A stretch of DNA of 64,000 bases. It comes from an uncultured Spirochaetota bacterium (GTDB lineage Bacteria > Spirochaetota > Spirochaetia > SZUA-6 > CAVTHK01). This document shows positions 1 to 10,764 of this stretch, in pieces. The stretch is taken from the NCBI GenBank assembly GCA_963734495.1, contig CAVTHK010000011.1, positions 160,001 to 224,000 of the forward strand, in the 5' to 3' direction. The translations under genes were made by a program, and so were the position numbers. Positions within the stretch are counted from its first letter, which is position 1, and every line of letters begins with the position of its first letter. The notes beneath the pieces were generated by a model. It was given only the letters and a program-made list of their open reading frames with translations, was not told the DNA's origin and did no database searches.

Positions 1-454
1 GGTCGCGGACCATTTCGTAGACCGTGGCGCCGTAGAGAAAGTCGCGCACGGCCTGCGCGAAACCGCGCCGCCGCTGCGCGACCGGCGCTGCGCCGGCCGC
101 GGCGAGCGCGCTCTCGAGCGCAGTCTCGAGCGCGTCGCGGTCGGCGCCCGCGAGCGTGCCGACGCCAGGCACCACGAACGACGGGTAGCGGCGCACGCCG
201 TGACGGAGCGAGAGCCAGAGGCCCGCGAGCGAGCGCGGATCGATCAGCCTGAAACGCACCCGCCCCGACCAGTCCCGCCCCAGCCCTTCGAGCAGGGCCA
301 CGAGGTCGGCGAGCTCGCCCCTTGCCTGCGGTGGCAGGTCCTCGAGCGAGTCATCCGGCTCGTGGAGAGGCGCGAGCGCCGCCTCCCCCACGAGACAGCG
401 GGGGCCGCAGAGGCCCCAGCGAGCCGGGATCGGTGTGATCACGTCGACCTGCAT
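1..454 (-). CDS. Partial, frameshifted cstA-associated protein: thioredoxin-like N-terminus fused to a cory-CC-star-like domain; runs off the window edge
   Basis: Manual translation from ATG 454 gives MQVDVITPIPARWGLCGPRC..., and after two apparent indels ...RVRFRLIDPRSLAGLWLSLRHGVRRYPSFVV...AVRDFLYGATVYEMVRD. The last motif resembles the small proteins that follow cstA. Same strand, directly downstream of cstA. Confidence 0.5.
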   Translation of the reverse strand, partial: MQVDVITPIPARWGLCGPRCLVGEAALAPLHEPDDSLEDLPPQARGELADLVALLEGLGRDWSGRVRFRLIDPRSLAGLWLSLRHGVRRYPSFVVPGVGTLAGADRDALETALESALAAAGAAPVAQRRRGFAQAVRDFLYGATVYEMVRD

Positions 455-521
455 CGGCTGCAAGCAATCGCCCTCAAACGGCGGGCGCGCGCCCCTCGGC
501 TCGCGCCCGACTCTTCTCCGC

Positions 522-2285
522 TCAGGCAGCCTTCGCCTGAGGCTCCTGGCCGTAGCGAATGAACGCCTTGCGCGCGTCCCACGCCAGGAACAGGGCGGCG
601 ATCATGAGGACCAGGCAGATCGCGCCGATGATGACGTTCGCCGCGGTCACCTGGCCGATCGTGAGCTTCTGAGCCTTGGCCAGCGCTTCCGCCTTGGGCA
701 GGTTCATGAAGAAGCTCTCGTACACCTTGTACAGCAGCGCCCCCATCGTGGTGACGAACATGAAGAGGAAGGGCACCAGCGTCCACCCGTACTTCTTGCC
801 CTTCGACTTGAGCCACAGTGTCACCAGCAGCAGGGCGAGCGAAGCCATCAGCTGGTTGGCCGCGCCGAAGACGACCCAGATCTGCAGGAACGGAACGAGC
901 CAGATCAGCACGAGCGTCAGAGCGAGAGCCACGATGGTCCCGACGTGGGTGTTCTTGAACGCGGGCATCTTGTCGCCCAGCGCTTCCGAGCTCGCGACCC
1001 TCATGAAGCGGATGACCAGGTACATGATCGTGAGGGCCATCAGCGTCAGGAACACCGAGCCGTAGGCCATGCCGAAGCCCTTGCCCAGCATGTTGTCGAG
1101 GCCCCACTGGTTCATGAACAACGACAGGCCCTTCGAGAAGACGGCCGCGGCAGCGCCGGCCTGCTTGTACCCCTGGAAGCTCCCGAACGCCGCGGTGGCC
1201 GTGAGGAACGCCACGACCGCGAAGAACATCTCGAAGAACATGGCGCCGCCGCCGACGAACAGCGCGTCGCCTTCCTTCTCGATCTGGCGCGCGGTGCCCG
1301 AAGACGAAACCAGGCTGTGCCAGCCGGAGATGGCGCCGCAGGCGATGGTCACGAAGAGGATGGGCCACAAAGGACCGAGGCCCGCGACCGTGAAGCCGGT
1401 ATACGCCGGGAAGTCGCCCATGCCCGGCCGCCAGATCGCGAGGCCCACCAGGCCGCCGAGGATCCCGAGCGACACGATCCAGAAGGAAACGTAGTTGATC
1501 GGCTGGGCCCAGCGCCAGATCGGCAGGATTGAGCCGATGTAGCAGACGACCACGACCAGCAGGCTGCCGATGAGGCGGGCCTGGTTGACGGCGAGGAACA
1601 TCGTCGGACCCTGCGGCTGCTCCTTGGTCGCGCCGAACACTTTGAGGAAGAAAGCCATCGCGGCCGGTTGCGTCCCGAGCCAGATCGCCACGAACGCCAG
1701 CACCACCGTGACGATCGACGTCAGGATGATGTCGGCCTTCCATTTATAGGTCATCTGTCCGGCGAGCATGCCGACCGCCATCACCAGGATCACGCCGAGG
1801 GGCACGGCCGGGTTGATGAGCAGCCCGAACCCCACCTGGGTCCCGAAGGCTCCCATGATCAGAAGGAGATAGAAGTAGATGAAGGTGACCAGCACGCTGC
1901 GGGAGCGCGGCGACACCAGCCGGTAGCTCAGCGCGCCGAAGCTCTGGCCCTCTTCGCGCACGCCGAGAACGATCGCCGAGTAGTCCTGCACCCATCCAAT
2001 GAAGAACGTGCCGAGAAGGATCCAGAGGAGCGCGGGCACCCAGCCCCACTGGACCGCCACGATGGGTCCGAGGATCGGTCCCAGCGCGGCTATCGACTTG
2101 AACTGGTAGCCGAAGAGCACGTTCCGGTTGGCCGGGGTGAAGTCCACGCCGTCCATGTACATCCTGGCAGGCGTGGCCTTGCGATCGTCCGGCTGGATGA
2201 TCTTGCGGTTGATCGCCCTGGCGTACCCGAAGTAGCCGATCACGATCACCGCAATTCCTATGACGAGAATGACGAGCGAGTTCAA
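522..2285 (-). CDS. cstA: Carbon starvation protein A family peptide/pyruvate transporter
   Basis: Motifs TPA..Y.DGVDFTPAN..VLFGYQFKSIAALGPILGP and WPILFVTIACGAISGWHSLVSS, and FGAANQL; many TM helices. TTG start at 2285 follows an AGGAGG RBS. Confidence 0.93.
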   Translation of the reverse strand: MNSLVILVIGIAVIVIGYFGYARAINRKIIQPDDRKATPARMYMDGVDFTPANRNVLFGYQFKSIAALGPILGPIVAVQWGWVPALLWILLGTFFIGWVQDYSAIVLGVREEGQSFGALSYRLVSPRSRSVLVTFIYFYLLLIMGAFGTQVGFGLLINPAVPLGVILVMAVGMLAGQMTYKWKADIILTSIVTVVLAFVAIWLGTQPAAMAFFLKVFGATKEQPQGPTMFLAVNQARLIGSLLVVVVCYIGSILPIWRWAQPINYVSFWIVSLGILGGLVGLAIWRPGMGDFPAYTGFTVAGLGPLWPILFVTIACGAISGWHSLVSSSGTARQIEKEGDALFVGGGAMFFEMFFAVVAFLTATAAFGSFQGYKQAGAAAAVFSKGLSLFMNQWGLDNMLGKGFGMAYGSVFLTLMALTIMYLVIRFMRVASSEALGDKMPAFKNTHVGTIVALALTLVLIWLVPFLQIWVVFGAANQLMASLALLLVTLWLKSKGKKYGWTLVPFLFMFVTTMGALLYKVYESFFMNLPKAEALAKAQKLTIGQVTAANVIIGAICLVLMIAALFLAWDARKAFIRYGQEPQAKAA

Positions 2286-2473
2286 CTCGTGCCTCCTGTT
2301 GTTTTGTCCCCCGACGGCGCGCACTCACCGGCGGGACTCGTGGATTGAATACCTCCTGCCGCGGGCTTTCACCCCGGGCCTATGCAATTGTACAGGAGAC
2401 GGCGGCAAAAGCAAGGCGAATCTCGAAGCGGCTGACGGGCCCCGACGCACCCGGCGGCACCCGACCCGAGCGT

Positions 2474-2503
2474 TTGACACCGCTCGAACGCGGGGGCGAT
2501 AAT
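2474..2503 (+). promoter_or_regulatory. sigma70-type promoter of the TPR membrane gene (predicted leaderless)
   Basis: TTGACA (2474-2479), 18 nt, GATAAT (2498-2503), then 7 nt to the GTG start at 2511; no SD sequence. Confidence 0.6.
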
Positions 2504-2510
2504 CGCCCGC

Positions 2511-3101
2511 GTGAGCTCCTCGTACCTGATCCCTCTTGCGGGCCTGCTCTACACGGCGGTGTTCACGGCCATGGCCGCGCTCCGGCGCGAGGGGTTCTCG
2601 CCCGCCTTCGTGGTCCAGTCGCTGCTGATCACCGCGGTGCTGTCGGTCGTCAACCTGCTCGGGGGCGGCCGGCTCGCCCCGCTGCCGTTCCTGCTGGCGC
2701 TCTACCTCCTCACCATGCGCGTGCGGATCGTGCTGGACGTGGGAAGCATGGTCGCGAGCCGCGGCAAGCTCGCCGCTGCCGAGCGCATCTACGACGCGGC
2801 GATGCAGCTCCTGCCGAGCGCTCTGGAGCGCTGCCTCGTGGCGATCAACAAGGGAGTCTGCAGGCTGCAGGGAGGCGACCCGGCGGCCGCGGCGAGCCTG
2901 ATCTCGGACGTCATTGCCGGCGGCGACGCCCGGACGCTCGGGGTCAAGTACCAGTCGGCCGCGCGCTTCAACCTGGGCGTCGCCTACCGGAAGCAGGGCA
3001 GGGACGCCGACGCCAAGGCGGAGTTCCAGCGCGTCGTCGAGCTGTGGCCCGTGTCCGAGTACGCGCGCAGGGCTGGCGCCGCCCTCAAGCAGGTGCCATA
3101 G
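2511..3101 (+). CDS. Membrane protein with C-terminal TPR repeats
   Basis: Three N-terminal hydrophobic helices, then TPR-like ARFNLGVAYRKQGRDADAKAEFQRVVELWP. Confidence 0.75.
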   Translation: MSSSYLIPLAGLLYTAVFTAMAALRREGFSPAFVVQSLLITAVLSVVNLLGGGRLAPLPFLLALYLLTMRVRIVLDVGSMVASRGKLAAAERIYDAAMQLLPSALERCLVAINKGVCRLQGGDPAAAASLISDVIAGGDARTLGVKYQSAARFNLGVAYRKQGRDADAKAEFQRVVELWPVSEYARRAGAALKQVP

Positions 3102-3178
3102 CTATCGGTCTCTGCCAAACCCAAACGTCGAGCCCGGTCTCCGCGGCATACCCGGGCGCCACCACGGCGCGGGGCCCT

Positions 3179-4366
3179 TCACCATTTCAAGCTGGCGATC
3201 GCCTGCTTGACGGCGTTCTGGACCGTCGTGCTGTAGGGCATGTACTTGGCGTACGAAAGGTTGGCGAATGCGATCGGGTCGCCCATCCTGCCGAGGGTGT
3301 CGACCACGGTTACGAGCACCTTCTCGTCGTATGGCTGGCGGCGCTCCGCGTAGGAGTTGATGAGCTCGAGGTACAGCGTGAGCCGCTCGGCTGCCTCGCG
3401 CCTGCCGCTCGCCCCGAGGGCGCGGATCGCCCTGATCAGGTAGGAGTTGTCGACGGCGCCGCGGCCGACCTCGGCGATCGCCCGCCCGAGGTGCTCCAGG
3501 CCGAGGTCCAGCGCCGTCGGCCACTTCGCCCCGGCGAGCGCGTCGGCGGCGATCGCGCGGATCTCGCGGGCGATCGTCTGAGTCTCGGCGTCCTGCGCGG
3601 CCAGGGCGAGGCCCGCCTTGAGACCGCCCGCCGCAACAGCGGCGCGGCCGGCGCCGTCGAGCGATTCGCTCTGCAAGCCGAGGATGAGCGCCGCCTCCTT
3701 TTCCGGCGGCGCCCCTACCTCGATGATGCGCAGGAGCGCGCCCTGCAGGTCACCTCGGATCGAAAGGAGCGCGCCGTTGGCGGCGTCGTTCACGAATGCG
3801 GGATAGGGGAGGCTGCGCGTGGTGAAGAGCGCGCGCAGAGCGACGGGGTCCCCGATCTCGCCCAGCGTGCGCACCAGCGCGTAGACCAGCTGAATCTCCG
3901 GCGGCTTGCCGGAGGCGGCGAGCCGGTTCTGCGCGTCGAGGAGCGCGGCCATTTCGCTCGCGGTCCTGGTGTCGCGCTGCCCGATCCGGCCAAGCGCCGC
4001 GAACGCGGCGATCCTGATCTCGGGCGAGGTCGTCCTTCTGCAGAGATCCCAGACGGCGGCGAGGGCGGGCTGATACCCGTCCTCCCCGATCGCGGCCACC
4101 GAGAGCAGCGTCATCTCCTGGAGCTGGCTTTCGGCCGCGAGCTCGTCGACCCTCTGCGCCGCGTAGCGGACCACCGTTTCGTGGAACGGTCCGAGCCCGC
4201 GGACGTGCAGCGAAACAGCGTCCCTGACGACGTTGAGCCTCGTATCGTCGTCCGGCGCCTGCCGGAAATTACGGGTGTAGGTCTCGATGAGGACCTGGGG
4301 GTCCTGCGCCCACGAAGCGACCGCGATCGCTGCAGCGCAGAGGCAGGCCGCCACGAAAGACCGCAT
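3179..4366 (-). CDS. Exported HEAT-repeat protein
   Basis: Signal peptide MRSFVAACLCAAAIAVASWA; repeated HEAT-like units (RIAAFAALGRIG, LVRTLGEIGDP, AIRALGASG, VDTLGRMGDP). TATACT -10 box 7 nt upstream of the ATG. Confidence 0.8.
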   Translation of the reverse strand: MRSFVAACLCAAAIAVASWAQDPQVLIETYTRNFRQAPDDDTRLNVVRDAVSLHVRGLGPFHETVVRYAAQRVDELAAESQLQEMTLLSVAAIGEDGYQPALAAVWDLCRRTTSPEIRIAAFAALGRIGQRDTRTASEMAALLDAQNRLAASGKPPEIQLVYALVRTLGEIGDPVALRALFTTRSLPYPAFVNDAANGALLSIRGDLQGALLRIIEVGAPPEKEAALILGLQSESLDGAGRAAVAAGGLKAGLALAAQDAETQTIAREIRAIAADALAGAKWPTALDLGLEHLGRAIAEVGRGAVDNSYLIRAIRALGASGRREAAERLTLYLELINSYAERRQPYDEKVLVTVVDTLGRMGDPIAFANLSYAKYMPYSTTVQNAVKQAIASLKW

Positions 4367-4468
4367 GCGGCATAGTATACCTCGCGGTGAGACGCGGCAA
4401 ATCCCCGCGCCGCGGCCAGGCCCGGCGAAGCGGGCGGCAGGGCCGCGCCGTGGTAGGCTTATGGACAG

Positions 4469-5242
4469 ATGCGCGCTGCAATCCGGAAAAAGGAAGGCCC
4501 CGTGCGACGAGCGCTCCTCGCCTGCGGCGCGCTGCTCTCGTGCCTGTCAGGCGCGGGGGCCGCGGCTGAGGAGGGCTCTTTTCGCGCCGCGTACGAATGC
4601 CTCCGCGACGCGGCCTACGATCAGAGCGAGCCGATCGCGCGGACCCGCGAGCGCTACCGCATCGCGGCCGATCTCGCGGCCGCCGACTCGCCCGGCGAGC
4701 TGCTGCGGCGCCGCCGGCTCGCCCGCGTGGAATACGCGGCCGGAAGGGCTGAGCAGGCCGCCGGGAATCTCGATGTCGCCACCCGGCACTACGAGTCGTC
4801 CCTCGGGTGGGCACGGGCCCTGCTCGAGCTCGGTCCGGACAGCGACGGGCACCGGATCAAGGCCGAAGCGGTCTCCCAGATGTGCCTGACGCGGGGCGCT
4901 GCCTACCTGCTCGCCCATGGGCGCAGCGTGCTGCGCTGCGCGGCCGAGGCGATCGCGCTCGACGAGCGCAACGGGGGCGCACGCATCATCATCGCGGCCT
5001 CGAAGATCTACCCGCCGCCCGTCTTCGGAGGCGATCCGAGGCGTGGGATGGACCTCCTGAAGCTCTGCCTCGCAATGCCCGATATTGAGAAGGACGACCT
5101 GTTCAACATATACTGCGGCATGGGCGTCGCCTGTGCGAAGCTCCGGCAGCCGGAGGAAGCCGCGCGTTGGTTCGAGCTGGCGCGCGGGCTCTACCCCGGA
5201 AACCGCTTCGTCGCGGGCGAATATGAGCGGTTGCGGCGGTGA
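4469..5242 (+). CDS. Exported TPR-repeat protein
   Basis: Signal peptide; helical repeats; C-terminal TPR YCGMGVACAKLRQPEEAARWFELARGLYPGN; first gene of the + strand polysaccharide run. Confidence 0.75.
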   Translation: MRAAIRKKEGPVRRALLACGALLSCLSGAGAAAEEGSFRAAYECLRDAAYDQSEPIARTRERYRIAADLAAADSPGELLRRRRLARVEYAAGRAEQAAGNLDVATRHYESSLGWARALLELGPDSDGHRIKAEAVSQMCLTRGAAYLLAHGRSVLRCAAEAIALDERNGGARIIIAASKIYPPPVFGGDPRRGMDLLKLCLAMPDIEKDDLFNIYCGMGVACAKLRQPEEAARWFELARGLYPGNRFVAGEYERLRR

Positions 5243-5258
5243 GGCGGACGGAATCGCT

Positions 5259-5642
5259 GTGAAGAATCCAGGACGGCACCCGGCAGGCATCGCGACGGTC
5301 ATCTGCGTCGTCGTCTCGATCGTCGCCGCGCTCGCGCTGAGCGGCTGCGGCGTGACCGGCCGGGTGTACATCGCCTTCTTCTGGGCGGCCTCCGATTACC
5401 CCGACGCTGCGTTCGTCTGCTCGGCCCCCAACGTTCCGGTCCTCATGACGTCGGTGGTCAAGGGAAGGTACTACGAAACGGTGCCCGGAACGTACGCGCT
5501 GCAGTACAGCTACGCGACGGGGGAGTCTCACACCCTGTCCTTCGTCCTGACCGCGGACTCCACGCTGCTCGGCCAGGAGAACGCCTACTACCATGCCACT
5601 CTGCGCAAGCTCTCGGCTCCGACCGTCGAGCCGTATCCCTGA
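5259..5642 (+). CDS. Small lipoprotein of unknown function
   Basis: GTG start, hydrophobic stretch ending in lipobox LSG-C, beta-rich mature part. Confidence 0.6.
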   Translation: MKNPGRHPAGIATVICVVVSIVAALALSGCGVTGRVYIAFFWAASDYPDAAFVCSAPNVPVLMTSVVKGRYYETVPGTYALQYSYATGESHTLSFVLTADSTLLGQENAYYHATLRKLSAPTVEPYP

Positions 5643-5692
5643 CCGCCGCCCCGTCGCACGCCCGTGGCAGATATCCTGGTGAGGACACAACG

Positions 5693-6409
5693 GTGAGAAC
5701 CCTCGGGACAATCGGTGCGCTCTGCGCCGTCCTTGCCGCCGCCGCCCTGCCGCAGCCGCTGCCGGCGCAGGACATGCCCGGCTCGATTCCCGGGGGGCGC
5801 GATCTCCTGGATCGGATGATCCGGATCGTCCTGGACAACAACCCGACCCTCCAGTCGCAGCAGACGCTGGTCCGCAGCGGCGAAGGCGTCGCCCTGCCGC
5901 GCTCGCGCTTTGCCTTTTCGTCGGCGTCCGTCAATGTCGGCTCGACGTTCTGGAACGCGAACACGAGCACGTTCGAGGTCACCCCCGGCGCGACCCTCGG
6001 GCTCAACTTTTCGTTCGCGGACCCTACCCGCGCGTTGAGCGGTTACGGCCTGGAAAAGGCGAAGGCTGACGCGAGGGCGCAGCTCGAGGCCACGCGCAAC
6101 GACCTGGTCAAGGCGCTCCTGGACGGAGTCGGCGGGATCATCAAGCTCGACAACAAGCAGAAGAGCCTGAAGGAGCTGCAGGCCTACCTCGAGGACCTCG
6201 CCGACGCCATCGAGAAGCAGGGCAAGGCCGGCATCGTCGCGCCCGACAAGCTCTGGGACCTGCGCGAGCGCATCATGGGCATCCGGTCCGACGTGCGGGA
6301 CGCGGAAAGCCAGCTCCAGATCCTGAGGCTGCAGACCGCCAGGACGCTCGGCGGCCCGGCGTGGCAGGACCTCTTCGCGCTGCTCGAACGGCTGACCGGC
6401 GGGGTTTGA
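5693..6409 (+). CDS. Short TolC/outer-membrane-efflux-like protein (about half length)
   Basis: Signal peptide; RIVLDNNPTLQSQ resembles the TolC N-terminal 'ALxNNPxL' motif; one beta-hairpin and long coiled-coil helices; only 238 aa. Confidence 0.55.
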   Translation: MRTLGTIGALCAVLAAAALPQPLPAQDMPGSIPGGRDLLDRMIRIVLDNNPTLQSQQTLVRSGEGVALPRSRFAFSSASVNVGSTFWNANTSTFEVTPGATLGLNFSFADPTRALSGYGLEKAKADARAQLEATRNDLVKALLDGVGGIIKLDNKQKSLKELQAYLEDLADAIEKQGKAGIVAPDKLWDLRERIMGIRSDVRDAESQLQILRLQTARTLGGPAWQDLFALLERLTGGV

Positions 6410-6426
6410 GGGAAAGGAGAGGCGGT

Positions 6427-8569
6427 GTGACGAGCCACGGAGAAGAGGCCGCTTTCTCCCAGGGGTACTGGCACATCATCTGGCGCCGCAGGGCGCTCAT
6501 CGGGGTGTTCGTGACGGTGGTCACCGCCGGCGTGGCCGTCGGAAGCTTCCTGATGACTCCCGTCTACGAGGCGACCGTGGTGCTCAACATCCGGGAGCAG
6601 AGGCCTTCGATCCTGGGGAGCGACCTGGGCGGCGGCTTCGAGCCGTTGTCGAGCCGCGAAGACATCAACACGCAGATCGAGATCATCAAGAGCCGGAGCG
6701 TCCTCGAAAAGGTGATCGCGGCGCTCCACCTGGGCGGGACGCCCGTCGGAGCGACCGTGGTCAGGCAGCGGGAGGCGGCGCGCGAGGCCCTCGACCGCGT
6801 GCGCCGGGACATTTCCGTGCGCCAGGTGCCCAACACGCGGCTCATCAGCCTCTCGGCGCGCTCCACCGACCCGGATCTCGCCGCGCAGATCGCCAACGCG
6901 ATCGCCGCCGTATTCATCGACAAGAACGTGGAGTCCAAGCGCGGGGAGGCGAACGCCGTTCTCGCCTTCGTCTCCGGACAGGCCGAACAGGTGCGGGGGC
7001 AGCTCAACAGGACCGAAGAGGACCTGCTCGCGTACAAGAAAGGCGAGCGCATCGGAATCCTGGACCAGGAAGCGAAGCTCATGGTGGAGCGGCTCGCGCA
7101 GCTCGAAGCTTCCACGCAGGAGGCCCAGGTGGGCGTCGAGGTGCTCGACACGCGGATCGCGGCGATCCTCGGCACGTCCGGGACGACGCGCCCGCCTCTG
7201 GCGGCTGACGCGGCGCCGAGCGCCGGCCCGGTGCGCGAGCGCCTCACCGCGCTGCAGGCGCAGCTTGCGAGGCTCGAGGCCGACAAGACGGACCGCAGCG
7301 CCGAGATCGCGGACCTCACGGCCCAGGTCGACTCGCTGCGCGGCGAGGTGCGGTCGGAGCTCCAGAGCGTCCTAGGCAAGGGGAGCGCGGGCGCGCTGGG
7401 CACCGCCATCCAGATGCAGCTCGCCGACTACGAGTCGCAGCGCGTCGTGCTCAAGGCGAGGCAGGAGGCCCTCGGCGGCCTGATCAAGCTCTACGAGCTG
7501 GACGTCGACCGCCTCCCCGTTCAGGAGATCGCCCTCGTCAGGCTCGAGCGGACCCAGCGGATCAACAACGAGCTGTACGCCGCCCTGATGAAGGCCAAGA
7601 ACGAGGCGCAGGTCGAGGCCGCGAGCCAGATCGCCAACGCCGACATCGTGGACGCCGCCATCCCGCCCCTCGACCCGGTGCGCCCCAGAAAGCAGCAGAA
7701 CATCGCCGTCGCGCTCATAGCGAGCCTGGTCCTGGGGATGATCCTGGCCCTTGTGCTGGACGCCCTGGATCAGACCGTGCAGACCGAGGAGGAGGTCAGG
7801 CACGGCCTGGGGGCTTCGATCCTCGGCATCATCCCGCGCTTCCGGGCCAACAGCGGGCCGCGCAGGAACGGCCGCTCCGGCGAGACGCGCTCGATCTTTT
7901 TCAACGGCCACGAGACGGACCCGGGCGTCACCGAAGCATTCCGCATGCTCGCCGCCAACCTGCTCCTGCTGGACGGTAAGGGTGAGGCCTCCATCGTCGT
8001 GGTCACCAGCCCGGCGCCCGGAGACGGCAAGACGACCGTGGCCGCGAACCTCGCCCTTGCGCTCACGGCGCAGGGCTCGCGAGTCGTGCTCGTCGACGCC
8101 GACTTCAGGATGCCCAGGGTGCACGAGGTCTTCGGGCTCTCCCGAACGCCCGGGATCGCCAACGTGTTCCTGCAAGGATCGAGCTGGCGCGACGTCGTCC
8201 GCACGATCGCAGGGCCTGTCCCGCTGGACGTGGTGACCAGCGGGCCGCCGCTCGCCGCCGGCACGGAGGTCGCGGTGTCTTCCAGGATGGCCGCCGTCGT
8301 CCGCGAGCTCAAGCAGAGCTACGACCGCGTCATCCTCGACGTGCCGCCCCTGGTCGGGGCCACCGACGCGGTGGTCCTGGCTTCGGGCGCGGACGGCGCC
8401 CTGCTCGTCGTCAGGCTCAAGCAGCTCGACCGGAGGCTCCTGCGGAGGACCCGGGAGCCTCCTCGGAAACGCCCGCGTCCGCGTGATGGGAGGCGTGCTC
8501 AACGGCGTCAATCCGCGCGAGCTCGCCTACGGCTACTACTACGCCCTGGAGCGCGAGGCTGAAGGTTGA
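6427..8569 (+). CDS. wzc: Wzc/GumC polysaccharide co-polymerase with BY tyrosine kinase (one frameshift near 8460)
   Basis: N-terminal TM plus PVYEAT; periplasmic coiled coil; IVDAAIPP..PVRPRK plus TM2; Walker A TSPAPGDGKTT; LVDADFR; ILDVPP. The Tyr cluster GGVLNGVNPRELAYGYYY lies in a shifted frame ending at TGA 8569. Confidence 0.9.
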
Positions 8570-9414
8570 CGATTCCCGAGGTGCCGCTGGAGACCCTGGG
8601 CTGCCGCGTTCATCGGCTCGGCATCCGGTCCGCGGCGCAGTGGATGGCGGAGCTGGTCGGCATCGGCGGGGGCCGTCACCAGGTGGCGCTCGTTGCGGTT
8701 CACACGGTGATGAGCGCCCGCAGGGATCGCGCGCTGCAGGCGGTGTACCGGGGCGCTTCGCTGGCCTTCGCCCACGGCGTCTCGCTGCTCTGGGCCTCGC
8801 GGCTCCTGGGGAGGCCGATACCGGGCCGGGTCCCCGGGCGCAGATCTGCTGAGCGCGTTTGCGCGTATTGCCGCTGCCAAGGGATACACTTTCTATCTGA
8901 TGGGATCGGGTCCCGGACAGGTGGCAGCATCGCTCGTGCGCGACAACCCTGCCCTCAGGGTCGTGGGGACGAGCGATCCGCCCTTCTGCCCGCAGTTGCC
9001 TCCGGAGGTCAACAGGTCGATCATCGAAGATATCAACCGCGTGAAGCCCGACGTTCTCTGGGTCGGTCTGGGCGCTCCCAAGCAGGACCGCTGGATCGCG
9101 GAGAACCTCGGTGAGCTGCAGGTCCGTCTGCTCGGCGTCGGTGCCGCGTTCGATTTCTGCAGCGGACGCATCAAGCGGGCTCCCCGGTGGATGCAGAGCC
9201 TGGGCCTGGAGTGGTTCTTCCGGTTCCTGATGGAGCCCAGACGACTCTTCAGGCGGTATTTCGTCGAGGCGGCGCCGTTCCTGCCCCTCGTGGCGATGCA
9301 GCGGCTGCGCGAGCCCCATCGCGTGGACGGAGGCCGCCGCGCGGCCGTGGGGCGGAAGAGCGGCCGCTCGTCGTCTCCGGCGAGGGCGGCGAGCGCCGAG
9401 GAAGCGACGAATGA
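8566..9414 (+). CDS. WecB/TagA/CpsF family glycosyltransferase (frameshifted)
   Basis: Pieces in ORFs 8566+ and 8900+: 'LLWASRLLG.PIPGRVPG' and 'PDVLWVGLGAPKQDRWI...GVGAAFDF.SGRIKRAPRWMQSLGLEWFFRFLMEPRRLFRRY'. The end is uncertain (9414 or 9625). Confidence 0.85.
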
Positions 9415-10662
9415 GCAGAAAGATCGTTGTGTTGTTCTCTCTGGCGCTGGCTTTGCCGGCGCGCGTCGCTTCCGTCGACGTGCTGCTCTCGGAGATCGCG
9501 GTGGTTCCCGCCACCGCGGCCTCTTCCGCAGCTGTCGCCGAGATGAATGCCCGGTCGGCGCCGTTCGCCTGCTTCACACCGAGCTCATCGGCGTTCATCG
9601 GAGGCGCTGGCCTACCGATCGATGATCGACGCTTCGGTCGCCGCTGTGCCCGGCCCCGCCGAGATGGTCAGCAACGAGCTCCAGGCGCTCGCCGCCTGCG
9701 TCTTCTACAGGATGCCCATATCCTGTACGGGAGCATCGTGGTGGACACGGCTGCCGGCATCTACCAGGCTCTCCTCAAAGGGTCGACAGTCGCGACAGCC
9801 ACGCGGTGACCGAAGTCAGGCATTCGGCCGCTTCGCCGAGCGCGGATGCTTTCATCCGGGACCTGGCGGTGTTGTCGCATCAGCAGCTCGCGCTCGTGCT
9901 GCTCGCCGGCGGTCGAGGCCTTCCAGGCGGTGCCGTTCCTGCCGCTCGCCGCCGCCGGCCGCCCTGGTGCTCCTGCTGGAGGCACCTCCTGCCGCCGTGC
10001 GCCGCCCGCAGCGGTGGCTCCGGCCCCGGGTGGGGCTGCCGCCGTAGTACCCCCTCCCGCGGCGGCCGCCCGCCCGTGCCGCCGGTCGCGTCGGCGGGCG
10101 GGGTGTTGCCTCAAGCGCCTCAGGCGCCGCGGCGCGGCAGCTCGGAGGTCGGCTTGGACCTCGCCCTGGGGAACTTCTGGCCCATCGAGGAGGAGTGGGG
10201 CGACCTCAAGCCGCGGACGATGCTCGAGTCCGGCTTCAAGGCGGGCTTTTCCGTGTTCCGAACGAGAGTCATCCAGATCGAGGCTCAAGAACCCGGACTT
10301 CTGTTCAACTATGCATTCTCCACGAACGAGCCCGAAGCGCTGATCGTGCACTACCACACCTTGAACCCGCGCATCCCTCTGGAGCTGTGTCTCGGCGTGG
10401 GTGACCGTTGGAACTTCTGGGTGGGCGGCGGTCCCGAATACCGGGTGGACATCATCGACTTCGAGACGAGCACCCTGGAGTTCGTCACGGATATCGCGTA
10501 CGCGTTCGGCGTCTTCGGGAGTGCCGGCATCGAGGTCTTTCTGGGCAGCTGAGGACGGTGGCGATCGGGATCTCCGACGCGCTCGACGTGACGTTCTTTG
10601 CCGACAGGCGGATACGCAATGGCATCTTCGGAACCGTCACGGTCTACAAGCCCTCCAGGTGA
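9411..10662 (+). CDS. Exported protein with a Pro/Ala linker and a C-terminal beta-barrel-like domain (several frameshifts)
   Basis: Signal peptide MSRKIVVLFSLALALPARVAS. Segments in successive frames join into an N-domain, a PAPGG linker and amphipathic beta-strands (EVGLDLALG, WNFWVGGGPEYRVD, FGVFGSAGIEVFLG). Confidence 0.5.
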
Positions 10663-10764
10663 GAAGGCTCAGGGTCATGCGCCGGCTCAACGGGGAGCGT
10701 GCCGCCGCCGGGCTGCCGCCTGACACACCCCGCCCGGGCTGATCGCTGAAACGGAGCTCGACCG

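Noticed and set aside
2345-4375. 676-aa plus-strand ORF and similar long shadow ORFs (27927-30362, 30401-32821, 35198-36886, 36928-38934, 59822-61405)
   Set aside because: Antisense or off-frame to well-supported genes, Arg/Pro/Gly-rich with no motifs; expected in high-GC DNA.
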